Made by a program: the position numbers and the translations under genes. DNA of 64,000 nucleotides from an uncultured Candidatus Rokubacteria bacterium (GTDB taxonomy: Bacteria > Methylomirabilota > Methylomirabilia > Rokubacteriales > DASRDR01), in contig CAVPSB010000013.1 of the NCBI GenBank assembly GCA_963708025.1, positions 352,001 through 416,000 of the forward strand. The letters run 5' to 3'. The notes under the pieces were generated by a model. The model was not told the origin of the DNA. It did not search any database and was given only the letters and a program-made list of their open reading frames with translations. Position 1 is the stretch's first letter. The number at the start of each line of letters is the position of its first letter. Shown in pieces: positions 45,345 through 54,665 of the stretch.

Positions 45345-46568
45345 TCATCCGGGCCGGTACTCGATCACGTGGAGCCCGCCCCCGTACCGGTCGGTCATGT
45401 AGACGAGCCCGTCGGTGTCGACGTACAGGTCGTTGCTCTGGGGGGCGTCATGCCCCGGGGGCGGCGGCGGCACGAAGTACCCCACCTCCACCGGCCGGTC
45501 GGGATCGCCGAGGTCGGTGACCCGGAGGCCGGCGTTGAACCAGGTACTGAAGATCAGGGTCTCGCTCTGGAAGCTGCCCGGCCGGTTCTCGTGGACATTG
45601 TGGGGGCCGAAGCGGCCCGGCCGCGCCGCGTAGTCCGTCCACGGCGCGCCCTTCGGCGGCCGGGGTCGCGGGAAGCTCGAGATGACGACCGGCTGGCGCT
45701 CCTCGCGCACGTCGATCACCCAGATGCGCTTGTCCCCGTCGATCTTGGCGTCGTCGGCGAGCGACTCGCACACGCCCAGCACCAGGCCGCGGCCCGGCAG
45801 CGGCAGCGCGGTGTGCGCGAAGCCGCCGTAGGGCGGGTGCCAGTTGACGCGCCCCACCAGCCGGGGCGCGGCGACGTCGCTGATGTCCAGGATGGCGATG
45901 CCGTCGTCCTGCGCCGACACGTACGCCCGGTTGCCGTGGGGGACGACGCCGTGCACGCCCCGGTCGATGTAGGACTCGAACACGGGCCAGGGCGCCGCGT
46001 CGCCGGCCCGCGTGCCCGGGACCCACCAGCAGCCGGCCATCCGCGGCGCCGTCGGCTCCGAGAGGTCCACGATCTGGTAGCCGCGCACCGGGACTCCCGG
46101 GATCATGGCGGCCACGTGCGCGTAGGGCGGCTCGCTGAACCAGATGCGGTGGACCCCCCGGCCCCCGACCGGGTAGAAGCCCACCCGCCGCGGGTCCGTC
46201 GGGTCGGCGAGGTCGAACACGGCCACCCCGGTCACCGGCGGCGGGTCCTCGCCGGCCGGCGGGTCGTCGGGCTTCTCGCAGTTCTGGATGAGGGTGGTGC
46301 CGGCGATCTGGACCTTGTGCCGGTGGGTGTTGGGCTCGTGCGGCAGCTGGCGCACCAGGCGGGGCGCCGCCGGGTCGCTGACGTCCAGGATGGACAGCGC
46401 CATGGGGCTCCGCCCCAGGTGGGACACGTACAGGAACCGGCCCACCTTGAGCACCTGCATGCCGTCGCCGTGGCCGTTCAGGTCGTGGTGGCCGACCAGG
46501 CGCGTGTTCCAGGCGTCGCTGTCGGCCTGCATCGCGCGGATGTCGGATCGCCGGTCCTGCGTGATCAT
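45345..46568 (-). CDS. LVIVD-repeat protein
   Basis: ILDVSDP, VFDLADP, IVDLSEP, ILDISD repeats; GVHRIW, GPHN, WFNAGLR. Confidence 0.85.
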   Translation of the reverse strand: MITQDRRSDIRAMQADSDAWNTRLVGHHDLNGHGDGMQVLKVGRFLYVSHLGRSPMALSILDVSDPAAPRLVRQLPHEPNTHRHKVQIAGTTLIQNCEKPDDPPAGEDPPPVTGVAVFDLADPTDPRRVGFYPVGGRGVHRIWFSEPPYAHVAAMIPGVPVRGYQIVDLSEPTAPRMAGCWWVPGTRAGDAAPWPVFESYIDRGVHGVVPHGNRAYVSAQDDGIAILDISDVAAPRLVGRVNWHPPYGGFAHTALPLPGRGLVLGVCESLADDAKIDGDKRIWVIDVREERQPVVISSFPRPRPPKGAPWTDYAARPGRFGPHNVHENRPGSFQSETLIFSTWFNAGLRVTDLGDPDRPVEVGYFVPPPPPGHDAPQSNDLYVDTDGLVYMTDRYGGGLHVIEYRPG

Positions 46569-46570
46569 GC

Positions 46571-47920
46571 TCAGCCTTTCGCCGCCCGTTCGTACTCGGC
46601 CGCCGCCTGCTGCAGCGCCGACCGGGGGTCGGCGTTGTTCAGGATGACCCGCTCGATCATCCGGGCCAGCGCCGACTGCAGCTCGACGTAGTACTGGGTT
46701 CGCGCCACCGGCTTGCTGATCGCGATGTCGTGCATGAAGACGTCGTAGAACGGCAGGAGCTTCCGGGCCTCGGCGCTGGTGGCCCAGGCCTTCTGCGGCA
46801 GCAGCGAGCCGTTGTTCGCCAGCCACATCTTGGGGTCGCCGAGGGTGTGGCGCACGAAGTCCCACGCCACCTTCTTCTTGTCCTCCGCCACCCGGGCGTT
46901 GACCACGATGACGTAGGAGAACGCCATGGTGGCCGGCTTGGCCGGGTTGATCTGCGGCAGGGGGACGACCGTGATGTTGTCCTTCATCCGAGGGTTGATG
47001 TTCTCGCTCTGCTTCTGGCCGTTGGGGCCGATGTAGCTCATGGCGTCCTGCTCGTTGCCGAAGTCCTGGAACGGCGAGGCGCCGGTGTTCTGGCTCACCT
47101 TGGGCGCCACCGTGACGCTCTTCCACACCTCGAGCGCCTTGAGCCCGGCCTCGCTGTTGAACGCGGGCCGGCCCTCCCCGTCCAGGATCTCGCCCCCGGC
47201 CTGGTAGACCAGGTGGTGGAAGCTGCGGCCCATCCAGTGGTCGTCAACGTAGCGGAACTCGAAGCCCTTCTGGACGATCTGGTCGCCCTTCTTCCGGGTC
47301 AGGACACGGTTGAGCCGCGCCACGTCGTCCCAGGTCCGGGGCGCGTCCTTCACCGGGTCCAGCCCCGCCTCCCGGAACAGCCGGTTGTTGATGTGCAGGC
47401 TGTGGGACGCGGTGAAGTCCGGCAGGCCGTACAGCCGGCCCTTGTGCTGCATGGCGGACAGGCTCCCGGGCAGGTAGCTGTCCAGCAGCTCCGGGACCGA
47501 CTTGTGGCCGAACGCTTCGGGCGGGAGGGGATCCAGCAGGTCCTTGTCGAAGTAGGTCGGGAAGTACCAGTCGCCCAGCTCGAAGATCTCCGGCGCGGTG
47601 CCGGTGGCGGTGGCCGCCAGGAGCTTCTGGAGCAGGTTGCCGGTGGTGATGCTCTCGTACTTGATGGTGTAGGTGGGACGGAGCTGCTTGTACGAGGGCA
47701 GGATGAGGTTGGTGTAGAGCTTGGTCTTGAGCGCCGAGGTCGAGTCCCAGAAGGTCAAGACGAGATCGCCCTTGGGCAGGGGCCAGTCGGCGCCGGCGCG
47801 GCCGGCGGCACCCAGGGCCGTCGCCGCCGCGGCGCCGCCGGCGACCTGGAGGAACCGGCGCCGCGAGACGCTCCCGACCTTCGTCCCGTCGTCCGTCAAC
47901 CGAGGTCGTGCCGACATCAT
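46571..47920 (-). CDS. ABC extracellular solute-binding protein (family 1), type B, Tat signal
   Basis: VSRRRFL; close paralog of 43984-45315. Confidence 0.9.
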   Translation of the reverse strand: MMSARPRLTDDGTKVGSVSRRRFLQVAGGAAAATALGAAGRAGADWPLPKGDLVLTFWDSTSALKTKLYTNLILPSYKQLRPTYTIKYESITTGNLLQKLLAATATGTAPEIFELGDWYFPTYFDKDLLDPLPPEAFGHKSVPELLDSYLPGSLSAMQHKGRLYGLPDFTASHSLHINNRLFREAGLDPVKDAPRTWDDVARLNRVLTRKKGDQIVQKGFEFRYVDDHWMGRSFHHLVYQAGGEILDGEGRPAFNSEAGLKALEVWKSVTVAPKVSQNTGASPFQDFGNEQDAMSYIGPNGQKQSENINPRMKDNITVVPLPQINPAKPATMAFSYVIVVNARVAEDKKKVAWDFVRHTLGDPKMWLANNGSLLPQKAWATSAEARKLLPFYDVFMHDIAISKPVARTQYYVELQSALARMIERVILNNADPRSALQQAAAEYERAAKG

Positions 47921-47931
47921 CTGACCCTCCT

Positions 47932-48948
47932 TCACGCCACTCGGAGCAGCCTGGCGAGGTTCTTGCCCAGCACCTTGGTCTCCCGCTCCCGACCCAGGCC
48001 CAGGCCGCGGATCATGTCCACCGGCGCCGTGTAGCCCATGTCGAAGGGGTAGTCGCTCCCGATCACCACGTGGTCGTCGCCCAGCCGGTCGAGCAGGAAC
48101 CGGAGCGACACCCCGCTGTGGGTCAGGCTGTCGCAGTAGATGTTCCCCAGGTACTCGCTGGGGCGGCGCGGCAGACGCTGGCGAAGTTCCGCGCGTGCGG
48201 CGTAGCCGTGGTCGAGCCGCCCGATCTGGTAGGGGAAGTAGCCGCCCCCGTGGGCCAGGATCACCCGGAGCCCCGGATGCCGCTCGAACACGCCGCCCAG
48301 GATCAGCCGCGCCGCCGTCAGCGCCGTCTCCATCGGGAAGCCCACCAGGTTCCACAGGTGGAGGTCCTTCAGCCGCCGGACGTCGCCCCAGTTCTGCGGG
48401 TGCAGGAAGATCGGGACCCCGAGCCGCTCGGCCGCCGCCCACACCGGCGTCAGGCTCGGGTGATCCAGGTCCATCCCGGCGACGTGCGTGCACAGCTCGA
48501 CCCCCCGGAATCCCAGCTCGCTGACAACCCGCTCCAGCTCGCGCGCCGCGCGGGGCCCGTCCTGCATCGGCAGCGTCCCCAGCCCGAAGAAGCGGTCCGG
48601 GTACGCCCGCACCAGCGCGGCGATGCCGTCGTTCAGGGTCCGGGCGATGCGCTCGCCGATCTCCGGAGCCGTCCAGTAGAAGAACAGCGTCGGCGGGGGT
48701 CCGACGGCCGCCGCGTCCAGCCCCCGCTTGTTCAGCCCGTCGACGATCAGTCGGTCGTCGTACAGGTCCGCCCGCAGCGGCGTGTCCGGCTCCACGACCA
48801 CGCCCGCCGGCGCGTGGAAGCGCATCATTTCCCGGCCGTCGTGCGGCTCGATGCGCACGGCCTCGCGGAACGTCTCTCGCCGCACGGCGTCGACGAACTC
48901 CGGCGGCATGACGTGGAAGTGGACGTCGATCGTGCTTATCGGGTTTAT
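47932..48948 (-). CDS. Amidohydrolase_2 family, paralog 2; start non-canonical or uncertain
   Basis: IDVHFH, FLHP, AHGGGY, GSDYPF; no ATG/GTG at the homologous start. Confidence 0.88.
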   Translation of the reverse strand: MNPISTIDVHFHVMPPEFVDAVRRETFREAVRIEPHDGREMMRFHAPAGVVVEPDTPLRADLYDDRLIVDGLNKRGLDAAAVGPPPTLFFYWTAPEIGERIARTLNDGIAALVRAYPDRFFGLGTLPMQDGPRAARELERVVSELGFRGVELCTHVAGMDLDHPSLTPVWAAAERLGVPIFLHPQNWGDVRRLKDLHLWNLVGFPMETALTAARLILGGVFERHPGLRVILAHGGGYFPYQIGRLDHGYAARAELRQRLPRRPSEYLGNIYCDSLTHSGVSLRFLLDRLGDDHVVIGSDYPFDMGYTAPVDMIRGLGLGRERETKVLGKNLARLLRVA

Positions 48949-49030
48949 CGGGACCTCCCGCCAACCCAATCTTTCGACGGCCTTCGGCCTTTGGCCCCCC
49001 TTCCCCACCCACCGGGGGGAAGGGGGGAGC
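48949..49030 (-). repeat. Family A repeat with one hairpin module
   Basis: C-tract, GGTGGGTGGGGAAGGGGGG, module at 48976-48995, ends GGCGGGAGGTCCCG. Confidence 0.85.
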
Positions 49031-49048
49031 CGGAGGTTCTATGTGCGC

Positions 49049-50353
49049 TCAGCTCTTGGACGCTCGGGTGAACTCTTCGGCCGCTTGATCCAGCGCCTGC
49101 TTGGGGTCGGCGTTGTTGAAGATGACCCGCTCGATCATCCGCGCCAGCGATGCCTGGAGCTCCGTGTAGTGCTTGGTCCGCGGCATCGGCTTGCCCACCG
49201 ACAGGTCGTGGATGAACACGTTCAGGAAGGGCGTCTGCCGTGCCGCCGGCGTCTCGTACCAGCCCTTCACCGGCTGGAGGTACTTGGCCACGGCCATCCA
49301 CTCCGCGGGCCGGCCGCTGGCGTACCGGATGAAGTCCCAGGCCGCCTTCTTCTGGTCCTCGGACGCCTTGGCGTTCACCGCCCAGTTGTAGGAGTAGACG
49401 ATCGTCGCCGGCCGGTCGGCGCGCATCGCCGGCAGCGGGGCGCAGGTGTAGTTCCCGGCGATCTTGGGGTTGATCTTCTCGATGGAGGCGCCGGCGTTGG
49501 GCCCGGCGAAGGTCATCGCGTCCTGCTCCAGCGCGAAGTCCTGATAGGGCGAGGCGAGGGTGTTCTGCGACACCTTGGGGGCGACCGTCACGCTCTTCCA
49601 GACGGAGAGCGCCTGCACCCCGGCCTCGCCGTTGAACGCGGGCTTGCCGTCGCGGAGCGCCTCGCCGCCCGCCTGGTACAGGAGGATGAGGAACATGCGC
49701 GTCAGCCAGTGCTCGCCGGCGTAGCGCATGTCCCAGCCCTTCTGGACGATGCGGTCGCCCTGTCGCTTGGTCAGCACCGCGTTCAGCTTCGCCACCTCGT
49801 CCCACGTCTTCGGGGCGTCCTTCACCGGGTCCAGCCCCGCCTCCCGGAACAGGCGGTTGTTGATGTACAGGCTGTGGGCGTTCATCTGGTCCGGGATGGC
49901 GTAGAGCTTGCCTCCCTCGACGTTGAAGTCCAGCAGCCGCGGCAGATAGGTGTCGAGCACGCCGGCCACGCTGGCCTGGCCCCAGGCCGCCGGCGGCAAG
50001 GGCTCCAGCGCGTTGACCTCGACCGCCGCCGGCAGCAGGAAGTCGGGCAGGGTGAAGATCGTCGCGGCGGTTCCCGTGGCGAAGGCCACCGACAGCTTGT
50101 AGTTCAGGCCCGAGATCGTCTCGTACTTGATGGTGACGTTCGGGTGGAGCTTCTGGTACTCGGGGATCAGCTTCTTGATCATCAGCTCGTTCTTGACGTT
50201 CTCCACGCCGTCCCAGTAGGTCACGGTGACCGGGCCCGTGGGCACGGTCCACGCCGCGGACTGGCCAGCGGCGGGTGGAACGAGGGCCGAGAGGCTCGCG
50301 CCGAGCGCGACCACCAGCGACAACCCGACCAGGGTCCGGTGAAGACGCTTCAT
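49049..50353 (-). CDS. ABC extracellular solute-binding protein (family 1), type A
   Basis: Close paralog of 42622-43911. Confidence 0.9.
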   Translation of the reverse strand: MKRLHRTLVGLSLVVALGASLSALVPPAAGQSAAWTVPTGPVTVTYWDGVENVKNELMIKKLIPEYQKLHPNVTIKYETISGLNYKLSVAFATGTAATIFTLPDFLLPAAVEVNALEPLPPAAWGQASVAGVLDTYLPRLLDFNVEGGKLYAIPDQMNAHSLYINNRLFREAGLDPVKDAPKTWDEVAKLNAVLTKRQGDRIVQKGWDMRYAGEHWLTRMFLILLYQAGGEALRDGKPAFNGEAGVQALSVWKSVTVAPKVSQNTLASPYQDFALEQDAMTFAGPNAGASIEKINPKIAGNYTCAPLPAMRADRPATIVYSYNWAVNAKASEDQKKAAWDFIRYASGRPAEWMAVAKYLQPVKGWYETPAARQTPFLNVFIHDLSVGKPMPRTKHYTELQASLARMIERVIFNNADPKQALDQAAEEFTRASKS

Positions 50354-50406
50354 CGGTTGGCTCCTTTCGTCAGCGACGCGATGCGACGCTCATCGGCCCC
50401 GCCAGC

Positions 50407-51234
50407 TCAGAAGGTTGGCGGCGTGTTCACCCACAAGAGCTCGGCCGGCTCCGGGCCCGGGTTGTGCCAGCGATGCGGAAGCGTGCTGGGGAAGTAGAGA
50501 CAGTCGCCCGCGGTCATCCGGTAGTGGTGCTTCTCTTCCAGCCAGACCTCGAGCCGGCCGCGAAGCACGAAGACGAACTCCTCGCCGACGTGCTCGTAGG
50601 CGCCCTCGCTGCCCGCTCCCGGCTGGACCACGTAGCGATGCGGCTCCATCTGGAGCGAGCCCACGGCGAGCTGCTCGATCTCGACGCCGGAGTAGGTCGT
50701 GGGCAGGCGCGGCCGCTCGGCCACCCGGACCAGGCGGCTCGAAGGCCTTCCCTTGACGAGAAGATCCTGGACGGTGATCCCGTAGAGCTTGACCAGCGCG
50801 TGAAGCCTCGAGACGGACAGGCCGGTGACCCCGCGCTCGACGGCGCTGAGAAACGAGACAGAGGTCCCGGTCTTCTCGGCGACCTCCCGCAGGGTGAGTC
50901 GCGTCCGGTGGCGCTCGGCCCGCAGCCGGTCCCCGACCGTCGGCACCGGCGCCGGAGCAGGACCGCTCCCGCGCGACGGCCGGGCTCGCCCCCGCTCGCG
51001 GCCGAGAATGCGGGCGATGGCCGTGGGGCTGAGGCGCTCGACGGTCCGCAGGTACCGGATCCGCCGCAGCAGCCCCAGGTGCTCCTCGCGGTAGCGGCGG
51101 CTGCCGCCGCGGGTCCGGTCGGGGTGAACCAGGCCCTGGCGCTCCCACAGGCGCAGCGTGGCCGCGCTGATGCCCAGGGTGCGGGCGGCCTCACCGACGC
51201 GGTAGGCGGCGACGTGTCGAGCCGGATCGGTCAC
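50407..51234 (-). CDS. Transcriptional regulator: MerR HTH + XRE HTH + cupin
   Basis: YRVGEAARTLGISAATLRLWERQGL; GDRLRAER..LTLREVA..SVSFLSAVERG; HVGEEFVFV..GDCLYF..PH. Confidence 0.88.
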   Translation of the reverse strand: MTDPARHVAAYRVGEAARTLGISAATLRLWERQGLVHPDRTRGGSRRYREEHLGLLRRIRYLRTVERLSPTAIARILGRERGRARPSRGSGPAPAPVPTVGDRLRAERHRTRLTLREVAEKTGTSVSFLSAVERGVTGLSVSRLHALVKLYGITVQDLLVKGRPSSRLVRVAERPRLPTTYSGVEIEQLAVGSLQMEPHRYVVQPGAGSEGAYEHVGEEFVFVLRGRLEVWLEEKHHYRMTAGDCLYFPSTLPHRWHNPGPEPAELLWVNTPPTF

Positions 51235-51279
51235 TCGCGACTCCAGGCGCCAGGCACCAGGTTCACAAGAGCGTTGGAA

Positions 51280-51311
51280 AGTTTATGCGACCGCCGGAGC
51301 AGCCTTGTCAA
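51280..51311 (-). promoter_or_regulatory. Candidate sigma70 promoter TTGACA-20 bp-TAAACT
   Basis: Perfect -35 at 51311-51306 and -10-like hexamer at 51285-51280, upstream of the regulator. Confidence 0.4.
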
Positions 51312-51396
51312 GGGGGAGGGGTCGCTGCGGTCAAGGCGGCGGACGCGCCCGGATGCTTGACACGGTTTGCTCCGAGCGGCTAGGGTAGGCGCCGCG

Positions 51397-52107
51397 ATGG
51401 CGGCCTCCGACCGGCGCAAGCGGCGCCGCCGCGACCGCGCCCCGCTCCCGACCGACCCCGGCGCCGACACGCCACCGCTCGTCGCGCTGGCGGTGTCGAG
51501 GCCCGCGGCCCTCGAGCCCCTCGGCCAGCCCGCTCCTCGCCTTCGCGCCGCGGCGGTCACCGACGGCGTGACGGCCACCGCCTATCTCCTGGCCGCGTTC
51601 GGCGTCGATCCGCTGGGGCTGGGGGGCGGGCTCCACCTCGCCACCCTGTCCCTGACGGAGCTCCTCCTCCGCCTGTTCAGCGAGCCGTTCGACCTGATCC
51701 TCGCCCAGGACCGCCGCGTCGTTTCGCCGTGGATGCAGACCCAGCTCGTCCTCGTGCTGGGCGGCGTCCTCGGCATCTTCGTCGTGATGGCGGCGGCGTT
51801 CTTCCGCAGCGGGACGCCGATCGTCACCTACGGCTGGCGGATCCTCAACCGGGCGGTCAACGTCTGGGCCCGGCCGGTCGGGAGCCGGGAGCAGGCCCGG
51901 AACGCCGCGCGCCTGAACCGGCCGCTGGCCATGACCATCTTCCCGATCGGGGCGCTGGTCGCGACGCTGCACGGCCCGGCCGGGATCAGCCCGGCGATCG
52001 CGGGCGCGCTCTACTTCGGGCTCGCCGCCTGGATGGAGTGGTCGGGCTGGCGCCTCGACATGCTCGGGCGAGTCACTGGGCCTCGATCTTCCCGACCCGC
52101 CGGATGA
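51397..52107 (+). CDS. Hypothetical membrane protein
   Basis: Several hydrophobic segments. Confidence 0.55.
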   Translation: MAASDRRKRRRRDRAPLPTDPGADTPPLVALAVSRPAALEPLGQPAPRLRAAAVTDGVTATAYLLAAFGVDPLGLGGGLHLATLSLTELLLRLFSEPFDLILAQDRRVVSPWMQTQLVLVLGGVLGIFVVMAAAFFRSGTPIVTYGWRILNRAVNVWARPVGSREQARNAARLNRPLAMTIFPIGALVATLHGPAGISPAIAGALYFGLAAWMEWSGWRLDMLGRVTGPRSSRPAG

Positions 52108-53050
52108 CGGCGGCCAGCGCCCGGGCGTCCCGATCCCACCAGTCGCGGAACTCGTCGGCGTCCAGGTAGGCGATCGGGGTCTGGACCTTCTCCATCGCGG
52201 CCCTGAACTCCGGGTCCTGCACCGCCTGGCGGGTCGCGTCCCGCAGCGTCTTGAACACGGCGGCCGGCACCCCTCTCGGCGCGAACAGCCCGGCCCAGAG
52301 GTAGTACTCGAGGTCGTAGCCCAGCTCCTTGAGCGTCGGGACCTCGGGGAACGCGGCGAGTCGCGTCGCCCCCCAGGTGGCGAGGCCACGGAGCTTCCCT
52401 GCCTTGAGGTGGGGGCCGGCGAGGCCGGGCGGGGAGGCCCACATTGCCGCGTGGCCGCCGAGGACCGCGGTCATCGCCGGCGCGCCACCGGTCGTCGGGA
52501 GGTGGCGCATGCGGGCACCGGCGGCGTTGAGGAGCATCTCCATCGGCACGTGCGAGGCGCCGTAGACCCCCGACGACGCGTAGACGATCTCGCCCGGCCG
52601 CTTCCGCGCGTCGTCGAGGAGCTCCCCGAGGCTCTTCCACGGGGTCTCGGCGCCGACCACCAGGATCGGCGGGTCGGCGTTGAGCCGGGCGATGCCGACG
52701 AACTGGTCGCGGCGGAACGCTGGCGGGCGGCCGAACAGCGCGTCCACCTCCGGGATCGTCGAGATGCTGACCAGCCCGAGCAGCAGCGTGTACCCGTCGG
52801 GCTTCGCCACCGCCACCGACTGCATCCCCACCGCCCCGGCGGCGCCCGGCTTGTTGGCGACCACGACCGGCTGCTTGAGGAGGCGCTCGAGCACCGGGGC
52901 CAGCGGACGCGCGGTCAGGTCGGCGATGCCACCCGGCGGAAACGGGTTGACGATCGTCACCGGCCGGGTGGGGTAGGCCTCGTCGGCCCCGGCCCCGCTC
53001 GCGAGGGCCGCCAGGACCAGCAGGATCGCGCCGAGCAGGCGTGGCGTCAT
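52073..53050 (-). CDS. tctC: Tripartite tricarboxylate transporter substrate-binding protein (Bug/TctC)
   Basis: YPTRPVTIVNPFPPGG, NKPGAAG, AKPDGYTLL. Confidence 0.9.
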   Translation of the reverse strand: MTPRLLGAILLVLAALASGAGADEAYPTRPVTIVNPFPPGGIADLTARPLAPVLERLLKQPVVVANKPGAAGAVGMQSVAVAKPDGYTLLLGLVSISTIPEVDALFGRPPAFRRDQFVGIARLNADPPILVVGAETPWKSLGELLDDARKRPGEIVYASSGVYGASHVPMEMLLNAAGARMRHLPTTGGAPAMTAVLGGHAAMWASPPGLAGPHLKAGKLRGLATWGATRLAAFPEVPTLKELGYDLEYYLWAGLFAPRGVPAAVFKTLRDATRQAVQDPEFRAAMEKVQTPIAYLDADEFRDWWDRDARALAAVIRRVGKIEAQ

Positions 53051-53052
53051 GG

Positions 53053-54066
53053 TCAGCCTCCGAACTTGATGTACTTGACCATTTCCTTGAGCACCTCGGG
53101 CGGCTGCTGGAGGAGGGCCGCGAAGCTCTTGGCGACCTCCTCGGACGGGATGTGGTGGAACTCGATCTGCGCCTTGGTGCCCTCGGCCAGGAGCTCCGGA
53201 TCCCGCAGGGCCCGGGCGAAGGCCTCGCGCAGCACCGCCAGGCGCTCCGCCGGCGTCCCCGGCGGCGCGGCCAGCCCCCGGCCGATGGCCTGGGGAATCG
53301 ACCGGATCGCCATGATGGACTTCCCCACCGGGTCGGTGACCAGCTCCTCGTCCACCGGCAGCGACTCGAACCCCGGCGACGCCACCCGGCCCCGGACGAG
53401 CGGCCGCACCGCCCCCCGGTCGGCCACCGGGCGGACCGTCGAGGCGAAGGCGGTCCACACGTCCACCTCCTTGCGCTCGATGGCGAGGACGACGTCGGCG
53501 TTGGCGGGATAGCCGGAGACCAGCTTGAACCGGGCGCCGGCGAACTCCTTGAGCAGCAGGGGGAAGTCGTGCGCGTTCGAGCCCGGCCCGGTGGTGCCGA
53601 CCACCAGCTCCCGGTCGGCCTTCCGCAGCTCGTCGAAGCTCTTGTAGGGCAGGTCGGCCCGGATGGCCAGCACCACGCCGTCGGACCCCGACGAGCCGAG
53701 CCACTCGAACTTCCGCACGTCGAAGCGGACCGCGTCCACCTTGGAGAGCTGGGCGATGCCCACGTTCGGGTTCGCGGCCAGGAGCGTCAGCCCGTCGGGC
53801 TTGGCGACGTTGAAGACGTGGTTGGTGGCGACCAGGTGGGCGGCCCCCGTCATGTTCTGGACGATGACCGCCGGGTTGCCGGGAATGTACTTGCCGAGGT
53901 GGCGGGCGACGATCCGGGCGGAGACGTTGAGGCTCCCCCCCGTCGCGCCGATCACGATGGTGATCGTCTTGCCCTCGTAGAAGGGCGCCTGGGCGTGGGC
54001 CGGCGCCAGCAGGAGCGGGACCATCACGAGGCCGGCTGCGAGGCCGGCGATCCGCGCATGTCTCAT
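53053..54066 (-). CDS. Second Bug/TctC-like substrate-binding protein
   Basis: FYEGKTITIVIG, KYIPGNP.VIVQNMTGA, KPDGLT. Confidence 0.88.
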   Translation of the reverse strand: MRHARIAGLAAGLVMVPLLLAPAHAQAPFYEGKTITIVIGATGGSLNVSARIVARHLGKYIPGNPAVIVQNMTGAAHLVATNHVFNVAKPDGLTLLAANPNVGIAQLSKVDAVRFDVRKFEWLGSSGSDGVVLAIRADLPYKSFDELRKADRELVVGTTGPGSNAHDFPLLLKEFAGARFKLVSGYPANADVVLAIERKEVDVWTAFASTVRPVADRGAVRPLVRGRVASPGFESLPVDEELVTDPVGKSIMAIRSIPQAIGRGLAAPPGTPAERLAVLREAFARALRDPELLAEGTKAQIEFHHIPSEEVAKSFAALLQQPPEVLKEMVKYIKFGG

Positions 54067-54087
54067 CGGTCTCCTCCTTTCGGGATT

Positions 54088-54151
54088 GTTCGGGACCTCC
54101 CACCTACCCCCCCAACCCCCCTCCCCCACCCACTGGGGGGAGGGGGGAGTC
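54088..54151 (-). repeat. Family A repeat, copy 3
   Basis: Reverse complement nearly identical to 9173-9234. Confidence 0.9.
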
Positions 54152-54184
54152 GGAAGAGTCGGAAGACCATTCCTACACAGCCTC

Positions 54185-54665
54185 TCAGAGCCCGAGCCAG
54201 GTCTGGAGCCAGCCCGGCTCGAACGGGCAGGGCGAGCAGTCGCTGGAAGACGCCGTGGAAGAACAGCCAGGCGGCGGCGGTCAGGCCGAGGGACAGCGGC
54301 CACCCGGCGCCGCCCGGCCCGACCAGGTACGCGAGCATGAACAGCGGGACGGCGGCCGGGAAGCCGGCCAGGAAGACGAGCGCGATGAAGCCGGCGATCC
54401 ACGCGAAGAGCGCCGCCGCCCGGCGGCGGGCCAGCGCCGGCGGCACCTCGGCGGAGAACGCCAGGTCCAGGGCCGGACCCGCCGGGGTCTCCGGCCGGCC
54501 GCGGAGATCGAGGCCGAGCTGGACCGCCGCCAGGACGGCGAGCGGGATGCCCACCGCCAGCGGAAACAGCGCGGTCTTGAACGGCCAGTGCCACGCCGAC
54601 CCGACCGCGAACAGGCCGACGGCCACCAGGCCGAGGCTGAAGAGCGCGCGGCCGCTACGCGGCAT
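54185..54665 (-). CDS. tctB: TctB family small membrane subunit; frameshift near 54226
   Basis: 4-5 TM helices; ends LPFEPGWLQTWLGL after correction. Confidence 0.8.

Noticed and set aside
47932-49008. GTG at 49008 as the amidohydrolase start
   Set aside because: It lies inside the repeat with no RBS and adds a repeat-derived peptide absent from the paralog; disfavoured but not fully excluded.
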